Under the pieces are notes generated by a model. The model made no database searches and was not told the origin of the DNA. It worked only from the letters and a program-made list of their open reading frames with translations. From assembly GCA_016793015.1 (NCBI GenBank), contig JAEUJD010000116.1, positions 6,691-70,690 on the forward strand: DNA of 64,000 nt. The letters are read 5' to 3'. Below, in pieces: positions 37,723 through 47,893 of this stretch. This DNA is from Phycisphaerales bacterium. Its GTDB lineage: Bacteria; Planctomycetota; Phycisphaerae; Phycisphaerales; UBA1924. The translations under genes and the position numbers were made by a program. Numbering within the stretch: the first letter of the stretch is position 1; each line of letters starts with the position of its first letter.

Positions 37723-38605
37723 GAAAACAGCCTCCAAGGAAAGTAGAAAGTTTCAATCCCCCCAAAATGTACTGAATCTTGGGGGCGGTGTCAATAGCCA
37801 AATTCACACCAGCCGCCGCTCAAAAAATCGATTACAAGCCTTTACAATCATTGAACTTATGGTTGTGTTGGGCACTGTGGCCATACTCATCGCACTTGCA
37901 ATTCCGAGGCTCGTTAAGACGCGGCAGCAGGCGAGGGATCTGACCGATCTCACAAAGATTCGACAACTTGGACTTCTTGTTACCGCTTATGCCAACGACT
38001 CGAAAGATCTTCCGCCCCAAATTTTTGCACCGATATTCGTGAATGGACCGCTCGGTATCCCGCCGCTCCAGATCAAGTATCGTGGCGCATCACTGACGGG
38101 TTCCTGGTTCACAAACGCAACCGTGTTTCACTTGGCCTTCGATGTACTGCCAAGCCCTGCACAAGTGCGGGCAACTGGATCGCCCACACGAATGTTCAAG
38201 GCGCACACAGACATTGGGACAACCGCGATGTATTCAGATTTCAAAATATCGGATGTGTATTACGCAGACCCGGAATATTGGTCCCGGGATCACCAGAAAG
38301 GGCCTGAACAATGGCGAACTCAGACTCTGACAAGCGTCGCCTTCCCATCCGCTAAGGGTTTTATGTGGCAGACGAAGCTCTATACAATCCCCGGTTATCC
38401 CGACGGTATTTACGGATGCTGTACCGCTGGTGTCCAAACCGCTGTGCTTTGGGCGGACATGAGTGCGAATCCACAGGTCGTCGCAGACTTGACATGGGGT
38501 GTTCCGAATGCGTGGACGTATGGCTCGGCAGGGCCTGTTTCGCCGGACGCAAAGGGGCCGCCTATTGACGGAACAGAACTTGGTGTGTTCGGTCGTGATC
38601 GGTGA
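37721..38605 (+). CDS. Pseudopilin-like protein with prepilin-type N-terminal methylation motif (cassette 2)
   Basis: QAFTIIELMVVLGTVAILIALAIP. Paralogous to 15514-16281 (RTQTLTSVAFPSAK vs RAQTIDSVRFPSSK). The only canonical in-frame start is ATG 37721, which gives an atypically long leader; the true start may be non-canonical. Confidence 0.7.
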   Translation: MKTASKESRKFQSPQNVLNLGGGVNSQIHTSRRSKNRLQAFTIIELMVVLGTVAILIALAIPRLVKTRQQARDLTDLTKIRQLGLLVTAYANDSKDLPPQIFAPIFVNGPLGIPPLQIKYRGASLTGSWFTNATVFHLAFDVLPSPAQVRATGSPTRMFKAHTDIGTTAMYSDFKISDVYYADPEYWSRDHQKGPEQWRTQTLTSVAFPSAKGFMWQTKLYTIPGYPDGIYGCCTAGVQTAVLWADMSANPQVVADLTWGVPNAWTYGSAGPVSPDAKGPPIDGTELGVFGRDR

Positions 38606-38650
38606 TGAAAATTGCCGGATGAGCTCGGCCAACGCCGCGCCCAAATGCGT

Positions 38651-40387
38651 TCAGACTCGAAAAATGGATCCGAGTCTTTTGCCGAGCAAGATCGACGCCG
38701 AGAAGAGCGTGACCGTCAACAGCGCCATTCCCCAGACGCCCATCGCGCTCGCGATGTAAACCCCGTCCCCCAGCCGCTCGGTGAACGCGAAGATGGCTTT
38801 GGTCAGCGGGTACTGGTGCTTCTGCTGCGCGAGCAGCATCGAGTCGGAGACTTCCAGCATCGAGAAGCTGAAGACCAGCATGCCACCGGCGATCAGGTTC
38901 GCCATGATCAGCGGCACGATCACCCGCCGCACCGCCGTAAACCGCGATGCACCCAAATTCATCGCGGCTTCTTCGAGTTCGCCGCTGGTCTGTTCGAGTC
39001 CGGCGACGGTCGATCGCACGATGTAGGGCAGCCGCCGGATGGCGTACGCCGCGATCAGAAGCGGGACCGGATTGGGATTTGCCGCGAGCACGCTGACGAA
39101 ATCACCCAGCGGTCCCTCCTTGCCGAACGGCCAGCGAAGGCTCATGGCAACGTACCCAAAGGCCATCACCAGCCCCGGAACCGCCAGAGGCAGCATGCAG
39201 AGCGCATCGAGCACCGCCCGCCCCTTGATCGTGGTCCGCACGATCAGGTACGCGATCACCACGCCCGCCACCATGCTGATCAGCATCGCGGCAGTCGAGA
39301 GCTTCAGGCTGTTCACGATCGCGCCGAAACTGTCGCGGGCCGTCAGCGCTTCGCGATAGTGCGACATGGTCCAAGAGGTTGGGAGGATCGAGTTGTACCA
39401 CTGTCCGGGAACTGTGAAACTGGTCAGAACCACGCCAAGGTGGGGCAGAATCGCGAGCAGAAAGACGAGCAGGAAGGCGCCCGAAGCCGCGATACCCGCG
39501 ATCCCCTTCAACTCGATCTCTCCGCCCGCGCGGCTCGCCTTGCTGTACATGGCGTAGCCCGCGCGCCCGAAGAAGTACTTCCCGAGAACGTACATCACCA
39601 CCGCCGTGCCGAGCAGAACGAGCGTCAGCGCATACGGCTCAGCACTCGTCTCCACCTGCTTCAGCCCGTAGAAAATCTGCACGCTGGTGACGTTGTAGAA
39701 ATCGAACATCAGGGGCGTTCCGAGTTCGGTGAACGCCCAGATGAAGACGATCGTCGCGCCCGCGAAGATACCGGGTCGCACCAAGGGCAGGGTGATCTTG
39801 AAGAACCGCCTCCACCAGCCCGCGCCCAGGTTTTCCGCCGCCTCGTCCAGGGCCGGATCGAGGTTCGCAAGCGCTGCCGTGGTATTCAGGAAGATAATCG
39901 GGTACAGCGAGAGCGCCTGCACGCCGACCACTCCCCACACTTTCGCAGACCCCAGGATGTCGAAGTGCGTGCCGAACAGCGCGTTGAACGCTCCCTCGCG
40001 CCCGAGGATCGCCCGCACGCCGATCGCCCCGACAAACGGGGGCAGGATCATCGGCACCAGGACCGCCGCATTGAAGAAGGTCTTCCCCGGGAACTTGTAC
40101 TGTGCCGCGAGCAGTGCCAGAGGAAGCGCGATGATCGTCGCCAGCGTGGTCGTTGCGACCGCCAGCAGCGCCGAGTTTCCCAGCGATCGGAAGAACATCG
40201 GATTCTCGAAGAGCAACCGGAAGTGATCGAGCGTGAAGTTTGAGAACCCCCGGCCCAGCCCCTCTCCTTGCACCTTCTCGAAGGCACCCTGAATCGTCAG
40301 AAAGATCGGGTAGACCAGCAGCATGCCCATCACGCCGAGCGTGAGGACCAGAAGGGAATAGTGCCAAGCCTGCCGTCGGAACCGCAT
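38651..40387 (-). CDS. Two-domain ABC transporter permease (iron(III)/thiamine-type, FbpB-like)
   Basis: Two MetI-like domains, each with an EAA loop (DEAAENLGAGWWRRFFKITLPLVRPG and EEAAMNLGASRFTAVRRVIVPL). Confidence 0.85.
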   Translation of the reverse strand: MRFRRQAWHYSLLVLTLGVMGMLLVYPIFLTIQGAFEKVQGEGLGRGFSNFTLDHFRLLFENPMFFRSLGNSALLAVATTTLATIIALPLALLAAQYKFPGKTFFNAAVLVPMILPPFVGAIGVRAILGREGAFNALFGTHFDILGSAKVWGVVGVQALSLYPIIFLNTTAALANLDPALDEAAENLGAGWWRRFFKITLPLVRPGIFAGATIVFIWAFTELGTPLMFDFYNVTSVQIFYGLKQVETSAEPYALTLVLLGTAVVMYVLGKYFFGRAGYAMYSKASRAGGEIELKGIAGIAASGAFLLVFLLAILPHLGVVLTSFTVPGQWYNSILPTSWTMSHYREALTARDSFGAIVNSLKLSTAAMLISMVAGVVIAYLIVRTTIKGRAVLDALCMLPLAVPGLVMAFGYVAMSLRWPFGKEGPLGDFVSVLAANPNPVPLLIAAYAIRRLPYIVRSTVAGLEQTSGELEEAAMNLGASRFTAVRRVIVPLIMANLIAGGMLVFSFSMLEVSDSMLLAQQKHQYPLTKAIFAFTERLGDGVYIASAMGVWGMALLTVTLFSASILLGKRLGSIFRV

Positions 40388-40457
40388 GGGGCCGAGTGTA
40401 GCGGGAAAGATGAATTCAAGAGAACACGCGCTTCCGCGTTCTCTCTACCTCCTCCGC

Positions 40458-41411
40458 CTACTTCGCCTCGTGCTCCGGATTCTCTCCGTTCAGCACCCGC
40501 CAGACATCCCGAACCACCCACGACATGTTTTCCTGCGCCCGGTCCGTTGCCGCGGCAAGGTGCGGGGACAAATGCACGTTCTCCATCCCCAGCAGCGGAT
40601 AGTTCGATCCGAATGGCTCCGGCTCGTGCACATCCAGCAGCGCCATCGCCTCGGGATGCGACGAGAAGAACGCGGCACACGCCCGGTTGTCCATCAAAAA
40701 GCCCCGGGCGGCATTCACCAGTATGACATCGGGCTTCATCCGCGCAAACGCCGCCCCATCGATCAGATTCCGATTCGATGGCCGCCCATCCACATGGATC
40801 GTGAGAATGTCCGCGTTCGCAAGCAGTTCATCGCGCGAAACGGGGGTCGCCCCGTGCCGCAGATCCGATTGGATATCAAGCAGGTCGTGATAGATCACCC
40901 GCATCCCGAGCGCCGCGCCCATTGTGGCCATGCGTTTGCCGATGCGCCCGAGTCCGTACACACCCAGCGTGAGTTCGTTGATCTGCTTCTCCGCCCGCAG
41001 TTCCCGCCGCACCTCGCCCCAGTGCGACTTCTCGAGCGCCTCGCTCAAAAACAGGCGGGGGCGCAGCGCATCGAAGATCAGCGCCCACACAAACTCCACC
41101 ACGGCCTGCGTGTTCGCGTCCGGTGTACTGACCACCCGCACACCCCGACTTCGGCAGGCTTCCAAATCAATGTTGTCCAGCCCCACGCCCGCCCGCCCGA
41201 TCACCTTCAGCTTGGGCCCCTTCGCCAGCATCGCTCCATCTACCTTGGTGTACGTGCGGACAACCATGCCTTCCGCCAAAGCGAGCAGCTGTTCAAACCG
41301 CTTTTCGCCCGCCCCGCAGCGAACCAGTTCGCAGCGCTCTGAGAGCCAGGCAGCCGGAGCGGGGTCGAGGTCTTCAGTCTGGATGACGAGGGGCTTTGCC
41401 ACGCAGGACAA
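40458..41411 (-). CDS. D-isomer-specific 2-hydroxyacid dehydrogenase (phosphoglycerate dehydrogenase-like)
   Basis: GRAGVGLDNID, GVYGLGRIGKRMA, NAARG, HLAAAT. The start is TTG 41411 or GTG 41402. Confidence 0.85.
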   Translation of the reverse strand: MSCVAKPLVIQTEDLDPAPAAWLSERCELVRCGAGEKRFEQLLALAEGMVVRTYTKVDGAMLAKGPKLKVIGRAGVGLDNIDLEACRSRGVRVVSTPDANTQAVVEFVWALIFDALRPRLFLSEALEKSHWGEVRRELRAEKQINELTLGVYGLGRIGKRMATMGAALGMRVIYHDLLDIQSDLRHGATPVSRDELLANADILTIHVDGRPSNRNLIDGAAFARMKPDVILVNAARGFLMDNRACAAFFSSHPEAMALLDVHEPEPFGSNYPLLGMENVHLSPHLAAATDRAQENMSWVVRDVWRVLNGENPEHEAK

Positions 41412-41482
41412 TATCGACCGTTGCGCAAGAAAAAGCCCCCGCGTTCGGCGAGGGCTTCAAGGGTTTCGACCTGACTTCCGAC

Positions 41483-44074
41483 TTACGTGGACTGTCCCGC
41501 CGCCTCCGGCTTCGACTGCTTGGGCTCGGCCGCCTGCTCGGCGGGGAGCTGCTCGGTCTTGAAGTAGAGGTGGTCATCGGCCTTGGTCGAGGTATCGCCC
41601 TCGGCCGGCTTCTTGTGCGTGATGGTGATCTTGCACGGCGGAGTGAAGTCGCCCTGCAGGAGCATCTCGGAGAGCGGGTCCTCGACGTACTGGCCGATCG
41701 CGCGACGAAGCGGGCGAGCGCCGTACTCGGGGTTGTACCCGCGCTCGATGAGGAAGTCCTTGGCCAGATCGTCGATGCCGATCTCGATCTTCTGCTGCTT
41801 GAGCCGCTTGCTCACCTTCGCGACCTCATAGTCGATGATGTTGGTGATGTCGGCCTTGGTCAGCGGGCGGAAGACGATCACGTCGTCCAGACGGTTGATG
41901 AACTCCGGCCGGAAGAAGCGCTCGATCTCCTTGGCGAGGACAACCTTGATGTTGTCGTAGTCGCCCGCCTCGGTGCGCTTCTGGAAGCCAAAGCCCGCTC
42001 CACCCTTGATCAGGTCAGCACCCAGGTTGCTGGTCATGATCATGATCGTGTTGCGGAAGTCAACGTTCCGGCCGAACGAGTCGGTCAGGCGGCCTTCTTC
42101 CATGATCTGGAGCAGCATGTTGAAGACGTCCGGGTGCGCCTTCTCGACTTCGTCGAGCAGGACCACCGAGTACGGACGGCGACGGATGCGCTCGGTGAGC
42201 TGGCCGCCTTCCTCGTAGCCGACGTATCCCGGAGGAGCGCCAACCAGACGCGAGACGTTGTGCTTCTCCATGTACTCGGACATGTCGAGGTGGATCAGCG
42301 CCTCTTCATCTCCGAACATGAATTCAGCCAGCGCCTTGGCGAGCAGCGTCTTACCCACGCCGGTCGGACCGACGAAGATGAACGAGCCCATCGGGCGCTT
42401 GGGATCCTTGAGCCCCGCGCGAGCGCGCCGGATGCTCTTGGCAATCGCCTTGATCGCCTCGTCCTGGCTGATGACCTTCTTGTGCAGTTCCTTCTCGAGT
42501 TCGAGCAGGCGCTGCGCTTCGTTCTTCTCAAGACGCTGGAGCGGGACGCCCGTCATCTTGCTGACGACTTCGGCCACCACTTCCTCGTCCACGACGCCGT
42601 CCACGGCCTGCGCCTTCGTGCGCCATTCCTTCTGCAGCTCCTCCTTCTTGCGGCGGAGCTGTTCGGCCTGATCGCGCAGCTCTGCCGCACGCTCGTAGTC
42701 CGCGGCCTTCACGGCCTCGTCCTTCGAGACGGACAGACGCTCGATGTCGCCCTCGATTTCCGCCAGATTCGGCGGCTTGGTCATGCTCTTGATGCGGACG
42801 CGTGCGCCCGCTTCGTCGATCACGTCGATCGACTTGTCCGGCTGCACACGACCGGTGATGTACCGGCCCGAGAGATCGACCGCGGCCTTCACGGCGGCGT
42901 CGGTGATCTTCACCCGGTGGTGCTGCTCGTACCGATCGCGCAGGCCCTTGATGATCTCGATCGTCTGCTCATCGCTGGGCGGATCGACCGTGATGGCCTG
43001 GAAACGACGGGCCAGAGCGGCGTCCTTCTCGATGTATTTGCGGTACTCGTCAAAGGTGGTCGCGCCGATGCACTGGATCTCACCACGGGCGAGCGCGGGC
43101 TTGAGCACGTTGGACGCGTCGATTGCGCCCTCCGCGCCGCCGGCGCCGACCAGGGTGTGGAGTTCGTCGATGAAGAGCATCACGTTCTTGGCGCGACGCA
43201 CTTCGTTCATGACGGCCTTGATGCGCTCCTCGAACTGGCCCCGGTACTTGGTGCCGGCGACCATCATCGCGAGGTCGAGGACGACCAGGCGCTTGTCGTG
43301 GAGGATCTCGGGGACGTCGCCGCTGATGATGCGCTGGGCGAGCCCTTCAACGATCGCGGTCTTGCCCACACCCGCTTCACCGAGCAGCACGGGGTTGTTC
43401 TTGGTGCGCCGGCAGAGGACCTGCACAACGCGTTCGATTTCGATCTGACGGCCGATGACCGGATCAAGCGTGTTCTCACGCGCGAGTTCGGTCAGGTCGC
43501 GGCCGAAGCTGTCGAGGGCCGGAGTCTTGCTCTTGCCACCCTTGGCGGCAGCAGCCGAGCCGCCACCCGAAGCCTGAGCTCCAGCAGCACCGGCCGTACC
43601 CGCGACGCCGCCTTCCATCTCTTCCGAGCGCTCGTTACCGGCGCCGAGGAGATTGAGGACTTCTTCGCGAACCTCTTCGAGCTTGAGGCCAAGGTTCATC
43701 AGGACCTGTGCCGCCACGCCGTCGTGCTCGCGGAGCAGACCGAGCAACAGGTGCTCGGTGCCGACGTAGTTGTGGTTGAGGTTGCGGGCCTCTTCGATGG
43801 CGTACTCGATCACCTTCTTGGCGCGAGGCGTCTGGGGCAACTTGCCCATGGTGACCATCTCGGGCCCGGCCTTGACGAGCTTCTCGACCTCGAGGCGAAC
43901 CTTCCGAAGGTCCACGTCGAGGTTCTTGAGCACGTTGGCGCCGACGCCGGAGCCTTCCTTGACGAGGCCGAGCAGAATGTGCTCGGTCCCGATGTATTCG
44001 TGGTTGAAGCGCTGGGCTTCCTGGTTGGCCAGCGCCATGACTTTGCGTGCCCGATCGGTAAAGCGTTCAAACAT
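41483..44074 (-). CDS. clpC: ATP-dependent Clp protease ATP-binding subunit ClpC
   Basis: [37 protein letters not shown] (Clp_N repeats). Two Walker A sites, GEAGVGKT and GPTGVGKT. Confidence 0.95.
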   Translation of the reverse strand: MFERFTDRARKVMALANQEAQRFNHEYIGTEHILLGLVKEGSGVGANVLKNLDVDLRKVRLEVEKLVKAGPEMVTMGKLPQTPRAKKVIEYAIEEARNLNHNYVGTEHLLLGLLREHDGVAAQVLMNLGLKLEEVREEVLNLLGAGNERSEEMEGGVAGTAGAAGAQASGGGSAAAAKGGKSKTPALDSFGRDLTELARENTLDPVIGRQIEIERVVQVLCRRTKNNPVLLGEAGVGKTAIVEGLAQRIISGDVPEILHDKRLVVLDLAMMVAGTKYRGQFEERIKAVMNEVRRAKNVMLFIDELHTLVGAGGAEGAIDASNVLKPALARGEIQCIGATTFDEYRKYIEKDAALARRFQAITVDPPSDEQTIEIIKGLRDRYEQHHRVKITDAAVKAAVDLSGRYITGRVQPDKSIDVIDEAGARVRIKSMTKPPNLAEIEGDIERLSVSKDEAVKAADYERAAELRDQAEQLRRKKEELQKEWRTKAQAVDGVVDEEVVAEVVSKMTGVPLQRLEKNEAQRLLELEKELHKKVISQDEAIKAIAKSIRRARAGLKDPKRPMGSFIFVGPTGVGKTLLAKALAEFMFGDEEALIHLDMSEYMEKHNVSRLVGAPPGYVGYEEGGQLTERIRRRPYSVVLLDEVEKAHPDVFNMLLQIMEEGRLTDSFGRNVDFRNTIMIMTSNLGADLIKGGAGFGFQKRTEAGDYDNIKVVLAKEIERFFRPEFINRLDDVIVFRPLTKADITNIIDYEVAKVSKRLKQQKIEIGIDDLAKDFLIERGYNPEYGARPLRRAIGQYVEDPLSEMLLQGDFTPPCKITITHKKPAEGDTSTKADDHLYFKTEQLPAEQAAEPKQSKPEAAGQST

Positions 44075-44515
44075 CTCTGGCACTCCCGGAGGGTGGGGTC
44101 TCCCTCCATTATCTTCGCCCCGCAAGGCCCCCCGGCTTCTGGCCGGTTTGGGAAGGGGAAGGGGCGAAAGCTCTTACTGCCTGTCAATAAAGGAAATAGA
44201 AGCGAAAAAGAACCTGAAGAAATCCGGCCTGCGGGCCCTGCCCCCGGCTTTCCTGACCCCCTTTCGTGGCTCCTGAAGATTGCCCATCAGGCGAAAGGGA
44301 GCGAGGAAACCGGCGGCACGCCGCATCAGTTGTATCGTCTGCACAGGGCGTGCCGTTCGGCAGAAGTTGGATGCAGCCCACGGAAGCTGGCAACAGCCAG
44401 TCAAGCCCGATTGCAGCCCATTCGCGGAGTCAGAAACGCCCCAGTCACCAACAGCCTGCCAAGTTGGCAGAGTTGGGGCGCGTTGCGTAGGGCTTGGCGG
44501 GGGCACTCGGACGAT

Positions 44516-45832
44516 TTATGGGCAGAACAGAGCGTCGTATGCCGCGACGAAGAACACAAAGTCGGCGTCGTCGACGGAGCCGTCTTTTGTGATATCCGAC
44601 GGGCAACCCGCGGGCATGGCCGGGTCGCTGCATGCGAGCAGGTTGTACGACTGAGCAAAGACGATGAAGTCGGTGTCGTTCACCAGATCGTCGCCGTTGA
44701 AGTCGGATGTCGCGCACGACCCCGAGACCTGCAAAGCGTACTTGCCGCCCCAGGGCTGGCTGCGCGAGACCTGAATCACGTAGGTTCCGGGCGCGAGCGA
44801 CTTGGACAAATTGGCGTCGTACGTGCTGCCGTTGAGAACGAAGAAGCCCTGAGCGATCTGCCCGCCGCCGGCTGACAGAATCCGGATGTTGGCGTTGCTT
44901 TGCGCCCAGACATTGTCGGCCTGCGCGACGACGGTCAACGTGCGATATTCGTTGAGCGTCACCTTGAAGTAGTCGTTGGTGGCGATCAGTTTCATGTTGT
45001 ACGCGCTGCCCAGCGAAATCTGCTTTGCCGTCGCCAGGGTGGCGTTGGGCGCGAACGCGTCATCGACCGGCAATCCGTACCGGCTGACCAGGCCGTCCTT
45101 GTCGCCCTGGCTCATGAAGCTGCGATTGCCCATCGAGGTCGCGAACTGTGCGTACGCGGGCAACGTGTCGATCGCGCGGCAGTTTGCCGGGCACGCACAG
45201 GATGACCCGGCGGGGCAGCAGATCGAGAACGAGCACTCGTCGTAGTGCATGATGCTCTCGAAGTCGTACGTGCCCTGGGGCGTCGCGTTGTTCACGGGGA
45301 AATTGGCGTTGAAATACTGCGACTGGATGTTCGCCTGATTGACAACGACGAACGTGCCCCGGTCGGACCGCTGCTGCTCGTGGAAGATTCCCAGCGCGTG
45401 CATCAGCTCGTGGCAGATGACGTAGCGGGACGACCAGCTGACCAGATTGACCGTCTGGCTCCCGCCGATCCGCCCGACAAACGAATTGTTCCCGGTGCTG
45501 TCCTGCACCATGATGTAGTTGGCCTGGGCCACCCGCGGCACATACGACACATTGCAGACGGTCTCGAGCTCGTTCATGGCGATTCGCAGCCGGTTTGCGT
45601 TGGTCGCGTTCACGTTGGCGTTCATGGTGTACGGGACGATGCCGCCGGGCCAGAGGTTGGTTGCCCAGAGGCTCCGGTCGTCGAATTCCTGGAGGGGCAT
45701 CTGGCAAGGGACGTCATTCGCGGTCGGATTCGAGAAGAGCGGGTGATCGGGGAACGGCTGGCTCTGGCCAAAGGCTGAAAAGGCGAGGCACCCACAGGCG
45801 AGGGAAACGGCAACGCATGAATTCAGGCTCAT
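44516..45832 (-). CDS. Secreted astacin-family (M12A) zinc metalloprotease with pre-peptidase-like domain and tandem Cys-flanked dockerin-like tail
   Basis: HELMHALGIFHEQQRSDR zinc motif and SIMHY Met-turn. C-terminus ...DFNGDDLVNDTDFIVFAQSYNLLAC...DITKDGSVDDADFVFFVAAYDALFCP. Confidence 0.85.
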   Translation of the reverse strand: MSLNSCVAVSLACGCLAFSAFGQSQPFPDHPLFSNPTANDVPCQMPLQEFDDRSLWATNLWPGGIVPYTMNANVNATNANRLRIAMNELETVCNVSYVPRVAQANYIMVQDSTGNNSFVGRIGGSQTVNLVSWSSRYVICHELMHALGIFHEQQRSDRGTFVVVNQANIQSQYFNANFPVNNATPQGTYDFESIMHYDECSFSICCPAGSSCACPANCRAIDTLPAYAQFATSMGNRSFMSQGDKDGLVSRYGLPVDDAFAPNATLATAKQISLGSAYNMKLIATNDYFKVTLNEYRTLTVVAQADNVWAQSNANIRILSAGGGQIAQGFFVLNGSTYDANLSKSLAPGTYVIQVSRSQPWGGKYALQVSGSCATSDFNGDDLVNDTDFIVFAQSYNLLACSDPAMPAGCPSDITKDGSVDDADFVFFVAAYDALFCP

Positions 45833-46088
45833 TTGGAGGCTCCAGAGGCACTTTGGACGGATTTCGCACCCGGCCTTTCAATCTACCGGCCGTTCGACCG
45901 GATTGATTCGTTTGAGTTCCCGATTCTGCCTAGAATCTCGACCCCGGTGGCCTTTAAGGGCTGGCGGAAGGGACATTTAGCACCGCGTTCACTACCGCTC
46001 TGCCCGAGGCTTCGCCGCCCCGGGATTCTGAAGGCCCTGCCTGGTTGGCAAAGGCTTCTCAGAACAGGTCGGTGGGAGGTTGAAAGTT

Positions 46089-46520
46089 ATGGCGAAAAAA
46101 GAAGTCACTCAGATCTTCAAGATCATGGCCCCGGGCGGGCAAGCGACGCCCGCGCCACCCCTTGGCCCGGTTCTGGGCTCGAAGGGTGTGAACCCCGGTC
46201 AGTTCATCCAAAAGTTCAACGCGGCAACCGCGTCCTTCAAGGGCAAGGTCGTCGGCTGCATCGTCACGGTGTACAGCGACAAGAGCTTTGAGCTTGAAGT
46301 CAAGAGCTCGCCCGCGAGCGTCCTGATCAAGGATGCGGCAGGCGTCGAAAAGGGCTCGGGCGTTCCGAACAAGGACAAGGTCGGCAAGATCACCAAGACG
46401 CAGGTCAAGGCGATCGCGGCGACCAAGCAGGCCGACTTGAACGCTGCAAGCGTTGAGGCGGCGATGCGGATCATCGAAGGCACGGCGCGCTCCATGGGCG
46501 TCACTGTGGTTGAAGGCTAA
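46089..46520 (+). CDS. rplK: 50S ribosomal protein L11
   Basis: MAKKEVTQIFKIMAPGGQATPAPPLGPVLGSKGVN. GGGAGG lies upstream. Confidence 0.97.
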   Translation: MAKKEVTQIFKIMAPGGQATPAPPLGPVLGSKGVNPGQFIQKFNAATASFKGKVVGCIVTVYSDKSFELEVKSSPASVLIKDAAGVEKGSGVPNKDKVGKITKTQVKAIAATKQADLNAASVEAAMRIIEGTARSMGVTVVEG

Positions 46521-46535
46521 AGGAGAACAGACCAC

Positions 46536-47237
46536 ATGCAATACGTCACCAAGCGCACAAAGAACAACGACAAGATCCGCGTCAACGACGCGGTCGAACC
46601 CGCCGCGGCGATCGCGGCCCTCAAGAAGTTCAAGCCCACCAAGTTCGATCAGACGGTCAACGTCTGCTTCCACCTTGGCATCGATACCGCCCAGGCCGAT
46701 CAGGCCCTGCGTGGTTCGCTCAGCCTGCCCAAGGGCATCGGCAAGACCAAGCGCGTCATCGCGTTCTGCCAGAGCGATATCGCCCCCAAGGCGCTCGCGA
46801 ACGGCGCGGTCAAGGCCGGCGCTGATGAACTGGTTGCCGAGATCGAAAAGGGCTGGATGGACTTCGACGTCGCCATCGCGTCTCCGGACATGATGCGCGT
46901 TGTTTCCAAGCTCGGTAAGGTGCTCGGACCGAAGGGTCTCATGCCGAGCCCCAAGGCCGGCACGGTGACCACAAACGTGCCCGAAGCGGTGAAGGAATAC
47001 TCGGCCGGTAAGGTCGAGTACCGCGCCGACAAGGGCGGCAACGTTCACGCCGTGATCGGCAAGATGAGCTTCAAGGACAACGACCTCGTTGAGAACCTTG
47101 AGCACTTCATCAAGGCGATCGAGAAGGTTCGCCCCGTGACCGCCAAGGGCGTGTACATCAAGAAGATCACCGTCAGCGGCGTCATGACGCCGGGCGTCCA
47201 GATCAAGTACGTCAACGCTGCGGCCACCGACGAATAA
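46536..47237 (+). CDS. rplA: 50S ribosomal protein L1
   Basis: FDQTVNVCFHLGIDTAQADQALRGSLSLPKG, LGPKGLMPSPKAGTVT. Confidence 0.97.
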   Translation: MQYVTKRTKNNDKIRVNDAVEPAAAIAALKKFKPTKFDQTVNVCFHLGIDTAQADQALRGSLSLPKGIGKTKRVIAFCQSDIAPKALANGAVKAGADELVAEIEKGWMDFDVAIASPDMMRVVSKLGKVLGPKGLMPSPKAGTVTTNVPEAVKEYSAGKVEYRADKGGNVHAVIGKMSFKDNDLVENLEHFIKAIEKVRPVTAKGVYIKKITVSGVMTPGVQIKYVNAAATDE

Positions 47238-47287
47238 GCACACCAGCATTCAAGTGGGCCTTCCAAGGCTCCTGAGAGGATTCACGT

Positions 47288-47833
47288 ATGTCAAAGACTG
47301 TCAAGAACATGATCATGCGGGACTACACGACCCGCATGGGCGATGTGGAGACGGCGCTGGTGATCGGCGTCCGCGGCCTCAACGCCAAAGACACGACCAA
47401 GCTCCGGGCCGGTCTCGCCAAGAAGAAGATGAAGGTCAGCATCGTCCGCAACGCGCTCGCGAAGAAGACCTTCGAGGGTGGCAAGCTCAAACCCCTCACC
47501 GAGTTCTTCTCTGAATCGACCGCGCTCGCCTACGGCGGCGAGTCGATCATCGAGCTCACCCGTGAGGTCGTGACGCTGACCAAGACCATGCCGAAGGTTG
47601 AATTGCGAGCCGCGATGCTCGACGGCATGATCTTCAAGGGTAAGGCCGGCGTGACGGAACTCTCGCAGTTCCCGACCAAGGACGAGGCGATCGGCAAGGT
47701 CGTTGCGCTCGTCATCAGCCCGGGCAAAAAGGTCATGGCCCAGCTGCTCGGACCGGGTCGCACGGTCGGCGGTTTGGTCAAGGCCATCGAAGCCAAGCTC
47801 GAAAAGGGCGAGGCGATTGCCAAGGCTGGATAA
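47288..47833 (+). CDS. rplJ: 50S ribosomal protein L10
   Basis: Position after rplA. TKLRAGLAKKKMKVSIVRNALAKK and length are typical of L10. Confidence 0.93.
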   Translation: MSKTVKNMIMRDYTTRMGDVETALVIGVRGLNAKDTTKLRAGLAKKKMKVSIVRNALAKKTFEGGKLKPLTEFFSESTALAYGGESIIELTREVVTLTKTMPKVELRAAMLDGMIFKGKAGVTELSQFPTKDEAIGKVVALVISPGKKVMAQLLGPGRTVGGLVKAIEAKLEKGEAIAKAG

Positions 47834-47893
47834 GAAACAGGCACTTGGCACTGGGCATTTGGCACGAGTGACAGGCAACCCGATTCGATTCAA

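Noticed and set aside
44075-44515. CtsR-type operator or canonical sigma-70 promoter upstream of clpC. There is an AT-rich tract followed by TTGACA on the minus strand near 44180-44230.
   Set aside because: No GGTCAAA-type direct repeat is present, and no acceptable -10 hexamer lies at 16-18 nt from the TTGACA. The support is too weak to report.
41396-44875. 1159-aa plus-strand ORF.
   Set aside because: It is antisense to the unmistakable clpC gene. The translation is Arg/Gly/Leu/Asp-rich with no recognisable motifs. It is a typical shadow ORF of high-G+C DNA.
45833-46088. tRNA (e.g. tRNA-Trp) or secE/nusG expected upstream of rplK.
   Set aside because: No cloverleaf or T-loop (GGTTCGAnnCC) signature appears on either strand, and no ORF resembles SecE or NusG.
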